Below are positions 39,045 through 48,885 of a DNA stretch of 64,000 bases, piece after piece; within the stretch, counting starts at the first letter, position 1, and each line of letters starts with the position of its first letter. Below the pieces are notes generated by a model that saw nothing but the letters and a program-made list of their open reading frames with translations, was not told the origin of the DNA and ran no database searches. The position numbers and the translations under genes are program-made. The stretch lies in sequence record SRR33789315_30, one strand, 5' to 3'.

Positions 39045-40337
39045 ATGGTGAACGCAAACTCAAGTGATATAAAAAACCTAAAATTAGCCATATGGATGTA
39101 CTTCTATCTGTTAATCTTCGAAGGTGCTCTAAGAAAATGGGGGATTCCTGCTCTTGCGACCCCTTTGCTTATTATTAGAGATCCTATAGCTATTTGGGCA
39201 CTCTTTATCGCATTTCATAAAAAAATATGGAAACCAAATACCTATGTGTCCTTTAGTATTTTATTGACTTTAATTTGCATCGTAACGGGTCTCCTTTTTG
39301 GTCATGGCAATATATTAGTACTCCTATATGGTGCCCGATTAACAGCAATTCATTTTCCATTTATTTTTCTAATGGGAAAAATATTAGACTTCAATGATGT
39401 TATTAAAATTGGGAAATCATTACTTTGGATAACCATAATGATGACTATGCTAGTTGCTATACAATTCTACAGTCCACAAAATGCTTGGGTAAATCGAGGA
39501 CTTGGTGGTGACATATCGGGTTCTGGATTTTCGGGAGCGGAAGGTTATTTTAGAGTTCCCGGAACCTTTTCATTTACAAATGGCCTTTCTCAATATTATG
39601 GCCTTGCCATTCCTTTTGTTCTTTATTTTCTAATAAATCAAAGCAAAATAAAAATAAACAGATACCTTCTAATAGCCGCAACAATTGCTAGCGTAGCAGC
39701 CATTCCCCTAACAATTAGTCGAACACTTTTTTTTAGCACTATTATTTCTTTAATTTTTGTAATAGTTATATCCGTAAAAAGCAAAAAAGTAATTTTCAAT
39801 ATTATTGGTGCGAGTATCCTTGCCGTTACGCTAATCTATGGTTTAAATCAATTTGATTTCTTTCGTACTGCAACCATGGCCTTTACAAGTAGATTTACAA
39901 ATGCATCTTCAAGCGAAGGTGGTGTTGTCGAAGGCACCCTTTACAATAGGTATATTTATGGTATGATAAGACCTCTGATAAACGATGACCTTCCTTTTTG
40001 GGGACACGGTTTAGGGATGGGTTCGCAGGTAGGTGGACAACTATTAAGAGGGAAAAGAGGATTCATAATTGCAGAGCAAGAATGGGGAAGAATTTTTGGT
40101 GAAGTGGGCTTTCTTCTGGGTATGCTTACCGTTTTAATAAGAGTTGTTTTGGCGTTAGACCTATTAAAAAAAGCATGGGTAGCAGCAAGTAAAAAAAATA
40201 TTTTACCATGGATAATTATAAGTTATGCAGTTGTTAATCTAATTAATGGGCAATGGTCTCAAACTACCGCTTTAGGTTTTGCCGTATTTAGTACTGGTCT
40301 TGTGGTGGCCAGTTTAAAAAACCCAATTGATATTTAA
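39045..40337 (+). CDS. Multi-pass membrane protein, probable Wzy polymerase
   Basis: About 11 TM segments, periplasmic loops RVPGTFSF and GHGLG, SRT motif. Confidence 0.65.
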   Translation: MVNANSSDIKNLKLAIWMYFYLLIFEGALRKWGIPALATPLLIIRDPIAIWALFIAFHKKIWKPNTYVSFSILLTLICIVTGLLFGHGNILVLLYGARLTAIHFPFIFLMGKILDFNDVIKIGKSLLWITIMMTMLVAIQFYSPQNAWVNRGLGGDISGSGFSGAEGYFRVPGTFSFTNGLSQYYGLAIPFVLYFLINQSKIKINRYLLIAATIASVAAIPLTISRTLFFSTIISLIFVIVISVKSKKVIFNIIGASILAVTLIYGLNQFDFFRTATMAFTSRFTNASSSEGGVVEGTLYNRYIYGMIRPLINDDLPFWGHGLGMGSQVGGQLLRGKRGFIIAEQEWGRIFGEVGFLLGMLTVLIRVVLALDLLKKAWVAASKKNILPWIIISYAVVNLINGQWSQTTALGFAVFSTGLVVASLKNPIDI

Positions 40338-40350
40338 TTGTTAAAAATAT

Positions 40351-41073
40351 ATGTATATGATAAAGTACTTCCTTGAATATATAAAATTTAAAACAAAGAT
40401 GCTCTTGGAGAATTACCCTTCTCTATACATTAGAACAGCATATAAATACAATAGATCTCGATATCCCAGTTCTACAAGAGTCGTTTCAAAAACTTCTATA
40501 GTATGTATAGAAGGATATCCCAGATGTGCAAATAGCTATTCTCGAGATGCCTTTGTTAAGTATACGGGGATAAATTCAAATATCGCAACACATTTACATT
40601 CAGCTGCACAAATAAAACAAGCTGTAAAACTCAGTATCCCAACAATTGTAACAATTCGCCAACCTCATAAATGTATACCCTCTTTAAGAGCGCTTACTAT
40701 TCAAGCAGCTAATAATGATAATGTCACCCCCCTTTTACTTCCATTAAAAGAATATTTGATTTGGTATATTAACTTTTACGATTCTCTTATGGGTTTAAGT
40801 GATGGTTATATTATTGCGAAATTTGAAGATATTACTACCGATTTTGGAATTATAATTAAAAAATACAATGAAAGATATAACACTAATTATAATACAGGTT
40901 TAAATAAGGATATAGTTAAAGAAGAAATATTTAATAAGGCAAATTTTCATCTATCACCATCCAAAGAACGAGATAAAATTAAAGAGCACTTTATTAATGA
41001 ATACAAAAACTCTAATTTAGAAGAATTAAAAAGAAAAGCAGAGAAAGTTTATAGTGCTTTTATTGCCCAATAA
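40351..41073 (+). CDS. Divergent sulfotransferase-like protein
   Basis: IEGYPRCANSY (5'-PSB-like), TIRQPHKCIPS (3'-PB-like R..S), KFEDI (YEDL-like). Confidence 0.6.
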   Translation: MYMIKYFLEYIKFKTKMLLENYPSLYIRTAYKYNRSRYPSSTRVVSKTSIVCIEGYPRCANSYSRDAFVKYTGINSNIATHLHSAAQIKQAVKLSIPTIVTIRQPHKCIPSLRALTIQAANNDNVTPLLLPLKEYLIWYINFYDSLMGLSDGYIIAKFEDITTDFGIIIKKYNERYNTNYNTGLNKDIVKEEIFNKANFHLSPSKERDKIKEHFINEYKNSNLEELKRKAEKVYSAFIAQ

Positions 41074-41120
41074 CTAATTTTTATTTTATAATAACCAGCG
41101 AATATTTTCAATTAAAATTT

Positions 41121-42077
41121 ATGACTACTGCAATAATAACAGGAGTAACTGGTCAAGACGGTGCTTATTTATCTCAACTATTAATTAAAAAAAATTATAG
41201 GGTAATTGGCTTAGTTAGAAGCTATAGAAATCTAAGTGCAAAGGGCCTTGAATATTTAAAGATTAAAGATCAAATTGAATTTGTTGAATGTGATTTAACA
41301 GATTTATCTCAGGTTTTATCTATAATAAAAAACTACAATCCATCTGAAATATATAATCTAGCTGCACAGAGTTCTGTTTCGCTCTCTTTTAAACAACCCA
41401 TAGGAACTATACATTTTAATATTATTTCTGTTTTAAATATTCTGGAGGCAATAAGAATTGTAAATCCTAAAACAAAATTTTATCAAGCCTCTAGTAGTGA
41501 GATTTTTGGAGACACTAATTTACCTATTAAAGAAAATACCGTTATAAATCCCATAAGCCCATATGGCATATCTAAAGCTACAGCACATTGGATTACTAAA
41601 AATTATCGAGAGGCTTATAACATATATAGTTGTAGTGGTTTTTTATTTAATCACGAATCCTATTTAAGAAGCGATAATTTCTTTATTAAAAAAGTAATTA
41701 CAGAATCCATTAAAATAAAAAAAGGCATTGTACCATTTTTAAAAGTTGGAAACATTGATATTAGAAGAGATTTTGGTTGGGCACCCAAATATGTAGAAGC
41801 TATGTACTTGATGTTGCAACAACCCATTCCTGATGACTTTATTATTTGCTCAAACGCATCGGTCTCCCTAAAGGAAATAATTGAATACACTTTTGAATAT
41901 TTAAATATTCCATTAGACAAATTAATAATTGACCAAGATTTGTTTAGGCCTACAGAAATAAAAGATATTTATGGTGACAGTTCAAAGGCTAAAGAAAAAC
42001 TCAATTGGAATTATAACATGACCTTTCTAAAAGTTTTAAAAATATTAATCGATGAAGAGCTCTCCCATGCAAAATAA
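41121..42077 (+). CDS. gmd: Second GDP-mannose 4,6-dehydratase-like SDR
   Basis: [42 protein letters not shown]. Confidence 0.85.
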   Translation: MTTAIITGVTGQDGAYLSQLLIKKNYRVIGLVRSYRNLSAKGLEYLKIKDQIEFVECDLTDLSQVLSIIKNYNPSEIYNLAAQSSVSLSFKQPIGTIHFNIISVLNILEAIRIVNPKTKFYQASSSEIFGDTNLPIKENTVINPISPYGISKATAHWITKNYREAYNIYSCSGFLFNHESYLRSDNFFIKKVITESIKIKKGIVPFLKVGNIDIRRDFGWAPKYVEAMYLMLQQPIPDDFIICSNASVSLKEIIEYTFEYLNIPLDKLIIDQDLFRPTEIKDIYGDSSKAKEKLNWNYNMTFLKVLKILIDEELSHAK

Positions 42078-43074
42078 TAAACCCATCATCAATTTTTTTC
42101 AGCGAAAACCTCATAAAGGATTTAGCTTTAGTTTAGAATTTATTTTTAATGATATTAGAGAACGATTAGCAAATCAAATCATTTCCCACGTATATATATC
42201 CAAATATCATAATACTGGATACGTTAGTAAAATAATCAATATCGTTGAAGCTGCATTTAGACAGGGTAAAGACATTAACCACGTCACTGGAGAAATTCAT
42301 TTTCTAGATCTTTTAATGGTTAAAAAAAGAGTCTTATTAACCATTCTCGATTGTGGAATGATGAACAATAAAACAGGCCTAAAAGCAAAAATCATAAAAT
42401 GGATCTATTTAGAATGGCCCGTTGCACGAGCCCGATATATTGTAGCTATCTCAGAAGAAACCAAACGTCAAATAATCTCATTTACCCATTGTGACCCCAA
42501 TAAAATTTTTATCATCCCGGTAGCTGTATCTAAAATGTTTCAACCTGTACCTAAAGATTTTAATGTAGAAAAACCTACTGTATTACATATTGGAACAGGG
42601 TATAACAAAAATTTAAAGCGCTTAATAGAAGCTTTAAAGGGAATAAATTGCCAGCTTATTATTATTGGAAAATTAACCGAAGACTATATTACATTATTAG
42701 AACAAAATAATATTGATTTTAGAAATGAATACAACATCCCAAATGAAAGGCTTTTAGAGGTCTATACTGAATGTGATATTCTCTCTTACACATCTACTTT
42801 TGAAGGGTTTGGAATGCCCATCGTAGAAGCCAATAGCGTAGAACGGGTGGTTGTAACCAGTAATATCTCATCAATGCCTGAAGTCGCTGGAAAAGCTGCA
42901 GCACTCGTAGATCCCTATAACATAGAATCTATACGAGGCGCATTTGTAAAGATTATTGAAAACAAAGCTTATCGAGATTCATTAATCGAAGAAGGAAGAT
43001 TAAATAAAATGAGATTTAATAGTGATACCATTGCTCAAAATTATTATCAAATGTATATTAAAATGTTGTCCTAA
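42052..43074 (+). CDS. Glycosyltransferase family 4
   Basis: YNKN, STFEGFGMPIVEA, SSMPEVAG; start may be ATG 42067. Confidence 0.9.
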   Translation: MKSSPMQNNKPIINFFQRKPHKGFSFSLEFIFNDIRERLANQIISHVYISKYHNTGYVSKIINIVEAAFRQGKDINHVTGEIHFLDLLMVKKRVLLTILDCGMMNNKTGLKAKIIKWIYLEWPVARARYIVAISEETKRQIISFTHCDPNKIFIIPVAVSKMFQPVPKDFNVEKPTVLHIGTGYNKNLKRLIEALKGINCQLIIIGKLTEDYITLLEQNNIDFRNEYNIPNERLLEVYTECDILSYTSTFEGFGMPIVEANSVERVVVTSNISSMPEVAGKAAALVDPYNIESIRGAFVKIIENKAYRDSLIEEGRLNKMRFNSDTIAQNYYQMYIKMLS

Positions 43075-43117
43075 ATCTCTAAAACATATTGACTAACTAT
43101 TTTATTTAAGATAATCA

Positions 43118-44371
43118 ATGAATGGGCTATATGGTTCAAAAATATTTTTATACAGCCTATTCAGCCAATTAAAAATAAAGGTTGTTGGAGAATTACCTGT
43201 AGGAGAAATAATAGGGCTTCTTTCGCTTCTCTCTGGGAAAAAAACAAAAAATATTTTCATCCAACTACCAGACATTAAGTACCTTTTTGTTGCATTTACA
43301 GTCCTAGTTATATCCCAAATAGGAAGTGACCTTATAAATGGCACCCTTTTTCTGTCTAGCATACGCGGATGGGCAAATTTAAGTTTAGGATTTGCAATGA
43401 TTCTTTTTCTAGCTTCTACTCTTGTTGAAAATCCTAAACTAATTCTACTATTATTAATAGGGCAAATACTAAGCCTGCTCCTGTTTTATTGGAACATCCC
43501 TGAAGTTAATGAGAAAATAGGAGGTTTTTATAAATATATTATTACTCCAGTGATTAATAATAGCTTACTTGTTTTTTCTTGGTTTCTTATTAAAAAATAT
43601 TTGTCTCTGGGGGTCTGGTGTGCCTCACTTTCTTTTTTTATTTATGGAATTTGTGGACTCATTTTAGACACCCGTTCAAATGGAATGATTTTTATAATGC
43701 TCTCTCTCTTACTTCCTTTATTTTATAATGTAATAATTTCTTATAAAACATTACTTATAGGTGTATTTGCTCTTGTTTTACTTTCAATAAGTGCAATGTC
43801 TTTATATACTTATAGTGTTTTAAACCATACCATTATTAACAAAAGAGTAGAAAGACAACTAAGATTAGCCAATAACCCGTATAATCCATTAGAAGTATTA
43901 CTTATAGGCCGTGCTGAAACATATGCCGCATTACAAGCTATAAAAGAAAAACCCTTTATAGGGTATGGCTCATGGCCAGGTGATCCTCAGGGACGATTCA
44001 CTCGACAGAGTTATAAAATAAGAGGTTATGAATCCTATGTAAAAAGTGGAAATTTGGATTTAACCAAGCAGACCATTCCAAGTCATTCTGTTTTATTTGG
44101 AGTATGGTTATGTTCTGGTATTCTGGGTTTTGCTGCTATTTTGTTTATCATGCTATTTTTTTTAAAAAAAGGATTTCTAGCATTAAGTAGATTAAACCAT
44201 ACCCCGTATTTACCACTTATACTGTTTTTTATACTTGATGGAGTTTGGATCTTCTTCTTCTCTCCACTAAGGCATATTAGAGCATCTTTACCCATCTTAA
44301 TAAGCTTTATTCTTGTAGTTTCTACGCATCGTTTCTCACTAGAATCATCAAAATCTTTAGTTAATGAATAA
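43118..44371 (+). CDS. O-antigen ligase/polymerase-like (Wzy_C) membrane protein
   Basis: Many TM segments, TRS, GRAE..., PFIGYG, HS motif before the last TM helices. Confidence 0.7.
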   Translation: MNGLYGSKIFLYSLFSQLKIKVVGELPVGEIIGLLSLLSGKKTKNIFIQLPDIKYLFVAFTVLVISQIGSDLINGTLFLSSIRGWANLSLGFAMILFLASTLVENPKLILLLLIGQILSLLLFYWNIPEVNEKIGGFYKYIITPVINNSLLVFSWFLIKKYLSLGVWCASLSFFIYGICGLILDTRSNGMIFIMLSLLLPLFYNVIISYKTLLIGVFALVLLSISAMSLYTYSVLNHTIINKRVERQLRLANNPYNPLEVLLIGRAETYAALQAIKEKPFIGYGSWPGDPQGRFTRQSYKIRGYESYVKSGNLDLTKQTIPSHSVLFGVWLCSGILGFAAILFIMLFFLKKGFLALSRLNHTPYLPLILFFILDGVWIFFFSPLRHIRASLPILISFILVVSTHRFSLESSKSLVNE

Positions 44372-45185
44372 AATGATTCGTCCAGAGATATTAGTTATTA
44401 CGCCTACCCTAGGCACTAGAGATACTTTAATACGCACGGTAGAATCTGTAAGAAGCATAGGGAAAGAAAAAGTAAAGCACATTCTAATTACACCTGTAGA
44501 AAAAGTGGAATACTTACAATCCTCATTTCCAGGATTAGAAGTAGTAGCACAACCAACTCCTAAGAGCGGAATTTTTATTTCTTTGAATTATGTGATTAAA
44601 AAATACGCTCCGCATTATACTTATTTCACTTACATAAATGATGATGACTTCTGGTATCCTAAATTTAATCAACTGATAGAGTTAACAAAAGAACATCCTG
44701 AAATAGATATATACTATGGCCGGGTAGCTTTTATAAATGGATCAGGCAAGAAACTCTCTGCGCAAGCCTCTTCAGGTCGTTATCAAGCCTTTGCTAACTT
44801 ATTAGACCAAGGTATTATATTATTTACTCAGCAAGCTACTATTTGCAAATTGAGTCTGTACACAAAACTAGGAGGATTTGATGAAAACTTTACTTTAATT
44901 TCGGATACCGATTTTTGGTTACGTGCTATTCAATCTGGAGCAGATGTACGTTTTAACGATGCAATTTGTGCAGGCTACACGATTCAAAGGGGGCAATTAA
45001 CATCAAACAAGCAACTTCAACAACAAGAACATCTATTATTAAATATTAAAAAAGAGAGGTGGTTTTTTCTACATTCTTTTTATGAAAAAATATTGTTTAA
45101 GACATATAATTTACCTATTTATGTATGTCGAATTTTCACCCAAAGAAAACTAAGAATGCGTAATTTTTATAAGGAAAGTGAATAA
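44364..45185 (+). CDS. Glycosyltransferase family 2
   Basis: VITPT, YINDDD, GGFDE, SDTDFWLR. Confidence 0.85.
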   Translation: MNKMIRPEILVITPTLGTRDTLIRTVESVRSIGKEKVKHILITPVEKVEYLQSSFPGLEVVAQPTPKSGIFISLNYVIKKYAPHYTYFTYINDDDFWYPKFNQLIELTKEHPEIDIYYGRVAFINGSGKKLSAQASSGRYQAFANLLDQGIILFTQQATICKLSLYTKLGGFDENFTLISDTDFWLRAIQSGADVRFNDAICAGYTIQRGQLTSNKQLQQQEHLLLNIKKERWFFLHSFYEKILFKTYNLPIYVCRIFTQRKLRMRNFYKESE

Positions 45186-45245
45186 TTTTCATTTTAATGA
45201 GGGGTTCTTCTTATCCAATTATCCGAAAAATTACTTAATAAACTT

Positions 45246-46445
45246 ATGAAGTTACTTCGAATTATATCAACTATGGATCCTGCTTACGGAGGTCCTTGCC
45301 AAGGAATAAGAAACAGTATTCCTGCTATGGAGAAAATTGGAGTAAAAAATGAAGTTCTCACTTTTGATAAAGAAGAAGATACTTCTAGATATAATGACCC
45401 ATTTATTATACATGCTATTGGACCAAAAAAAGGACCATATGCATATTGTAAAAATTTAGAAAAATGGTTATTAACTAACTATCATCGCTTCGATGCCATA
45501 ATAATACATGGACTATGGCTATATAACAGCTATGGTACTTATACTACTTGGAAAAAAATTAAAAAGAAAGATCTAGCTAAATCTCCAGCTCTATTTGTTA
45601 TGCCACATGGTATGCTTGATCCTTATTTTCAAAAGGCTAAAGGACGAAGAATAAAAGCCTTAAGAAATTGGTTTTTTTGGCATATTATTGAAAAAAAAGT
45701 GATTAATGGCGTGGATGGTGTTCTATTTACCTGTGAACAAGAACTAATTTTAGCAAGAGAGCCTTTTTCCCCCTATTATCCTAAAGCCGAGCTTAATGTA
45801 GGTTATGGTATTCAAGCACCACCGCAATATGACGAGGATTTTTATTTAGATTTTGTAACAACGTGCCCTGAAATAAAAGACAAACCATATTGGCTATTCC
45901 TAAGTAGAATACACCCTAAAAAAGGAGTAGACCTTTTAGTTAAAGCTTACATACAACTTAAGGATATAAATCCTAATATTCCTGACTTAGTCATTGCAGG
46001 TCCAGGATTAGATACTACTTTTGGAACAGTCTTACTTAAAAACACTGAAAAAATTAGCACAATTCATTTTCCCGGAATGTTAACTGGCAATGCAAAATGG
46101 GGCGCATTTTATTGTTCAGAAGCATTTATTCTACCCAGTCATCAAGAAAATTTTGGTATTGCTGTGGTTGAAGCACTAGCCTGTAAAAAGCCTGTTTTGA
46201 TAACTAACAAAGTAAACATTTGGATGGAGGTAGAAGCCGGTCAAGGCGGTCTTATCGCTGAAGACAATGCAGATTCTGTTTATAAGAATCTTGTTAAATT
46301 GGTCCTTATGAACACTAATGATTTGCAGAATATGGGTGCAAATGCAGCACAGGTATATAAAAAGCATTTTAAAATTGATGAAGCAGCTAGAAGGATGACA
46401 GTCTCGATTCAAAACGAAATATTTGAACCCAGTAGAAAAGTATAA
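45246..46445 (+). CDS. Glycosyltransferase family 4
   Basis: MPHGMLDP, FLSRIHPKKG, PSHQENFGIAVVEALAC. Confidence 0.92.
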   Translation: MKLLRIISTMDPAYGGPCQGIRNSIPAMEKIGVKNEVLTFDKEEDTSRYNDPFIIHAIGPKKGPYAYCKNLEKWLLTNYHRFDAIIIHGLWLYNSYGTYTTWKKIKKKDLAKSPALFVMPHGMLDPYFQKAKGRRIKALRNWFFWHIIEKKVINGVDGVLFTCEQELILAREPFSPYYPKAELNVGYGIQAPPQYDEDFYLDFVTTCPEIKDKPYWLFLSRIHPKKGVDLLVKAYIQLKDINPNIPDLVIAGPGLDTTFGTVLLKNTEKISTIHFPGMLTGNAKWGAFYCSEAFILPSHQENFGIAVVEALACKKPVLITNKVNIWMEVEAGQGGLIAEDNADSVYKNLVKLVLMNTNDLQNMGANAAQVYKKHFKIDEAARRMTVSIQNEIFEPSRKV

Positions 46446-46994
46446 ATGAAAACAACACTTTCTACTTTTGATAATTCAACCTTTGATAAAGGAGCCGGTT
46501 TTTTAAAACAAGGACTCTGGTTTATAATTAATACTATTTGTTTTAAATCTTCTCTTTTTCCAGTTATGTCTCTCAAGGTTAAACTTCTAAGAATATTTGG
46601 TGCAAAAATTGGAAAAGGTTTAGTCATAAAACCTTCATTAAACATTAAATTCCCATGGAAATTAGAAATCGGTGATGATGTATGGCTAGGCGAAAACGTT
46701 TGGATAGATAATCTAGATATGGTAACAATAGGAAATAACGTATGTATATCACAAGGAGCCTTATTACTTACTGGAAATCATGATTATACAAAATCGTCTT
46801 TTGATTATAGAAATGGCCCTATAATACTGGAGGATGGGGTTTGGATTGGGGCAAAGGCCGTTGTCTGTCCTGGAGTAACTTGCTACTCACACTCTATTTT
46901 GAGTGTGGGTTCTATTGCAACAAAAAATTTACAGCAATATACTATTAATCAGGGTATTCCGTCGACAAGAGTTAGAGATAGAACTATTAAATAG
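46446..46994 (+). CDS. wcaF: WcaF-like polysaccharide acetyltransferase
   Basis: LRIFGAKIG, IKFPWKLEIG, ISQGALLLTGNHDY. Confidence 0.88.
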   Translation: MKTTLSTFDNSTFDKGAGFLKQGLWFIINTICFKSSLFPVMSLKVKLLRIFGAKIGKGLVIKPSLNIKFPWKLEIGDDVWLGENVWIDNLDMVTIGNNVCISQGALLLTGNHDYTKSSFDYRNGPIILEDGVWIGAKAVVCPGVTCYSHSILSVGSIATKNLQQYTINQGIPSTRVRDRTIK

Positions 46995-47029
46995 TAAACA
47001 TAAAAAACCAAAATTAAAGAACTTCAAAA

Positions 47030-47962
47030 ATGAAAAGAATTTTAGTTACCGGAGGTGCCGGTTTTATTGGATCACATGTATGTAAAAGGCTTCTAGATGA
47101 AGGTAATGATGTAATATGCTTAGATAATTACTTTACAGGTTCCAAAGAAAATATAAGAGAGTTTATAGGCAATCCTTACTTTGAAATGGTTAGGCATGAT
47201 GTTATCGCCCCTTATTATGCAGAAGTGGACGAAATTTTTAATCTTGCGTGTCCAGCTAGCCCAGTTCATTACCAGTACAATCCTATAAAGACTATGAAAA
47301 CTTCTGTGATGGGAGCTATCAATATGTTGGGATTAGCAAAACGAGTAAATGCTAAAATTTTACAAGCAAGTACCAGTGAGGTCTATGGAGATCCTTCAGT
47401 ACACCCTCAGCCTGAGACCTATTGGGGAAATGTAAATACCATTGGTCCTAGATCTTGCTACGACGAAGGTAAACGATGTGCCGAAACTTTATTTATGGAT
47501 TATTACCATCAAAACAATGTTGATATTAAAATCATTAGGATATTTAATACATATGGCCCAAATATGAATCCAAATGATGGTCGTGTAGTATCTAACTTTA
47601 TTGTTCAAGCCCTGCGTGGAGATGATATAACAATTTTTGGTGATGGAAAGCAAACTAGGTCTTTTCAATATGTAGATGATCTTGTAGAAGGTATGTTTAG
47701 ATTAATGGCCTCTAAAGATTTTACTGGACCAGTAAATATTGGTAACCAGAATGAATTTACCATGCTTGAATTAGCAGAAGCCATTTTAGACATCACTGGT
47801 TCTAAATCTAAACTTATATTCAAGGCACTTCCCACAGATGATCCAAAACAAAGACAACCAGATATTTCATTGGCAAAAGAAAAACTAAAAGGTTGGGAAC
47901 CCCAAGTACAGTTACAAGAAGGACTTAAAAAAACCATCACCTATTTTGAATCCAAAATTTAA
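47030..47962 (+). CDS. uxs: UDP-glucuronate decarboxylase (UDP-xylose synthase)
   Basis: [54 protein letters not shown]. Confidence 0.95.
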   Translation: MKRILVTGGAGFIGSHVCKRLLDEGNDVICLDNYFTGSKENIREFIGNPYFEMVRHDVIAPYYAEVDEIFNLACPASPVHYQYNPIKTMKTSVMGAINMLGLAKRVNAKILQASTSEVYGDPSVHPQPETYWGNVNTIGPRSCYDEGKRCAETLFMDYYHQNNVDIKIIRIFNTYGPNMNPNDGRVVSNFIVQALRGDDITIFGDGKQTRSFQYVDDLVEGMFRLMASKDFTGPVNIGNQNEFTMLELAEAILDITGSKSKLIFKALPTDDPKQRQPDISLAKEKLKGWEPQVQLQEGLKKTITYFESKI

Positions 47963-47971
47963 AAACAAATT

Positions 47972-48727
47972 TTGAAGGTTTCTGTAATTACAATCGTATA
48001 TAATAATCAAGATTCTATTGCCAGTTGCATAGAATCTGTTCTGTCTCAAACTTATAACAATATAGAGCATATTGTTATAGATGGTGCATCAACAGATAAT
48101 ACCGTAGCGGTTATCGAAAAGTATAAATCGCAATTGGCTTATTTTGTTTCAGAAAAAGACAAAGGGCTATATAATGCTTTAAATAAAGGCATCAAAAAAG
48201 CAACTGGTGATATTATTGGTATTTTACATTCTGATGATTTATACTACGAAAATAATACTATAGAAAAAGTAGTTAATCAATTTAAATCTACCAATGCTGA
48301 TTTGGTATATGGGGAAGGTATTTACGTAGACAAAATAGAGACCAGTATTATCAAAAGAATTTATCCATCAAAGCCTTTTAAGAAATGTTATTTAAAATAT
48401 GGATGGATTCCTCTACATACAGGTATTTACGTAAAAAAAGAGGTATTTGAAAAATATGGCTTCTACGATGAAGGATATAGTATTGCGAGTGATTATGAGA
48501 TATCGCTTCGTTGGTTTTCAAATTCAAATATCAAAAAAGTCTTTCTTAATGAGTACTTAGTAAGAATGAGAATGGGTGGAAAAAGCACTACAGCCAAGCT
48601 TCAAAAGAAAAAATCAACAGAAGATTTTGATATAATTAAAAAATATGGCCTATTAGGACCAATTACTTTAGGTTGTAAAATAGCTAGAAAAATACCGCAA
48701 TACCTTAGACCTAAGCTAAATATATAA
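47972..48727 (+). CDS. Glycosyltransferase family 2 (WcaE-like)
   Basis: IDGASTD, SEKDKGLYNALNKG, LHSDD, ASDYE, MRMGGKS. Confidence 0.9.
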   Translation: MKVSVITIVYNNQDSIASCIESVLSQTYNNIEHIVIDGASTDNTVAVIEKYKSQLAYFVSEKDKGLYNALNKGIKKATGDIIGILHSDDLYYENNTIEKVVNQFKSTNADLVYGEGIYVDKIETSIIKRIYPSKPFKKCYLKYGWIPLHTGIYVKKEVFEKYGFYDEGYSIASDYEISLRWFSNSNIKKVFLNEYLVRMRMGGKSTTAKLQKKKSTEDFDIIKKYGLLGPITLGCKIARKIPQYLRPKLNI

Positions 48728-48885
48728 CCATTCCGTTAACCCAAATATAATCAAGAATAATACTATTAAGTATATTAATACATAAACCTTAATTGATAAA
48801 TTACTTTTGGATATTTTTGTTAAATTTTAAGGTTAAAAATCATAAAAATACTAGATATAGAATATAGCAATACGCACCACAAAAT

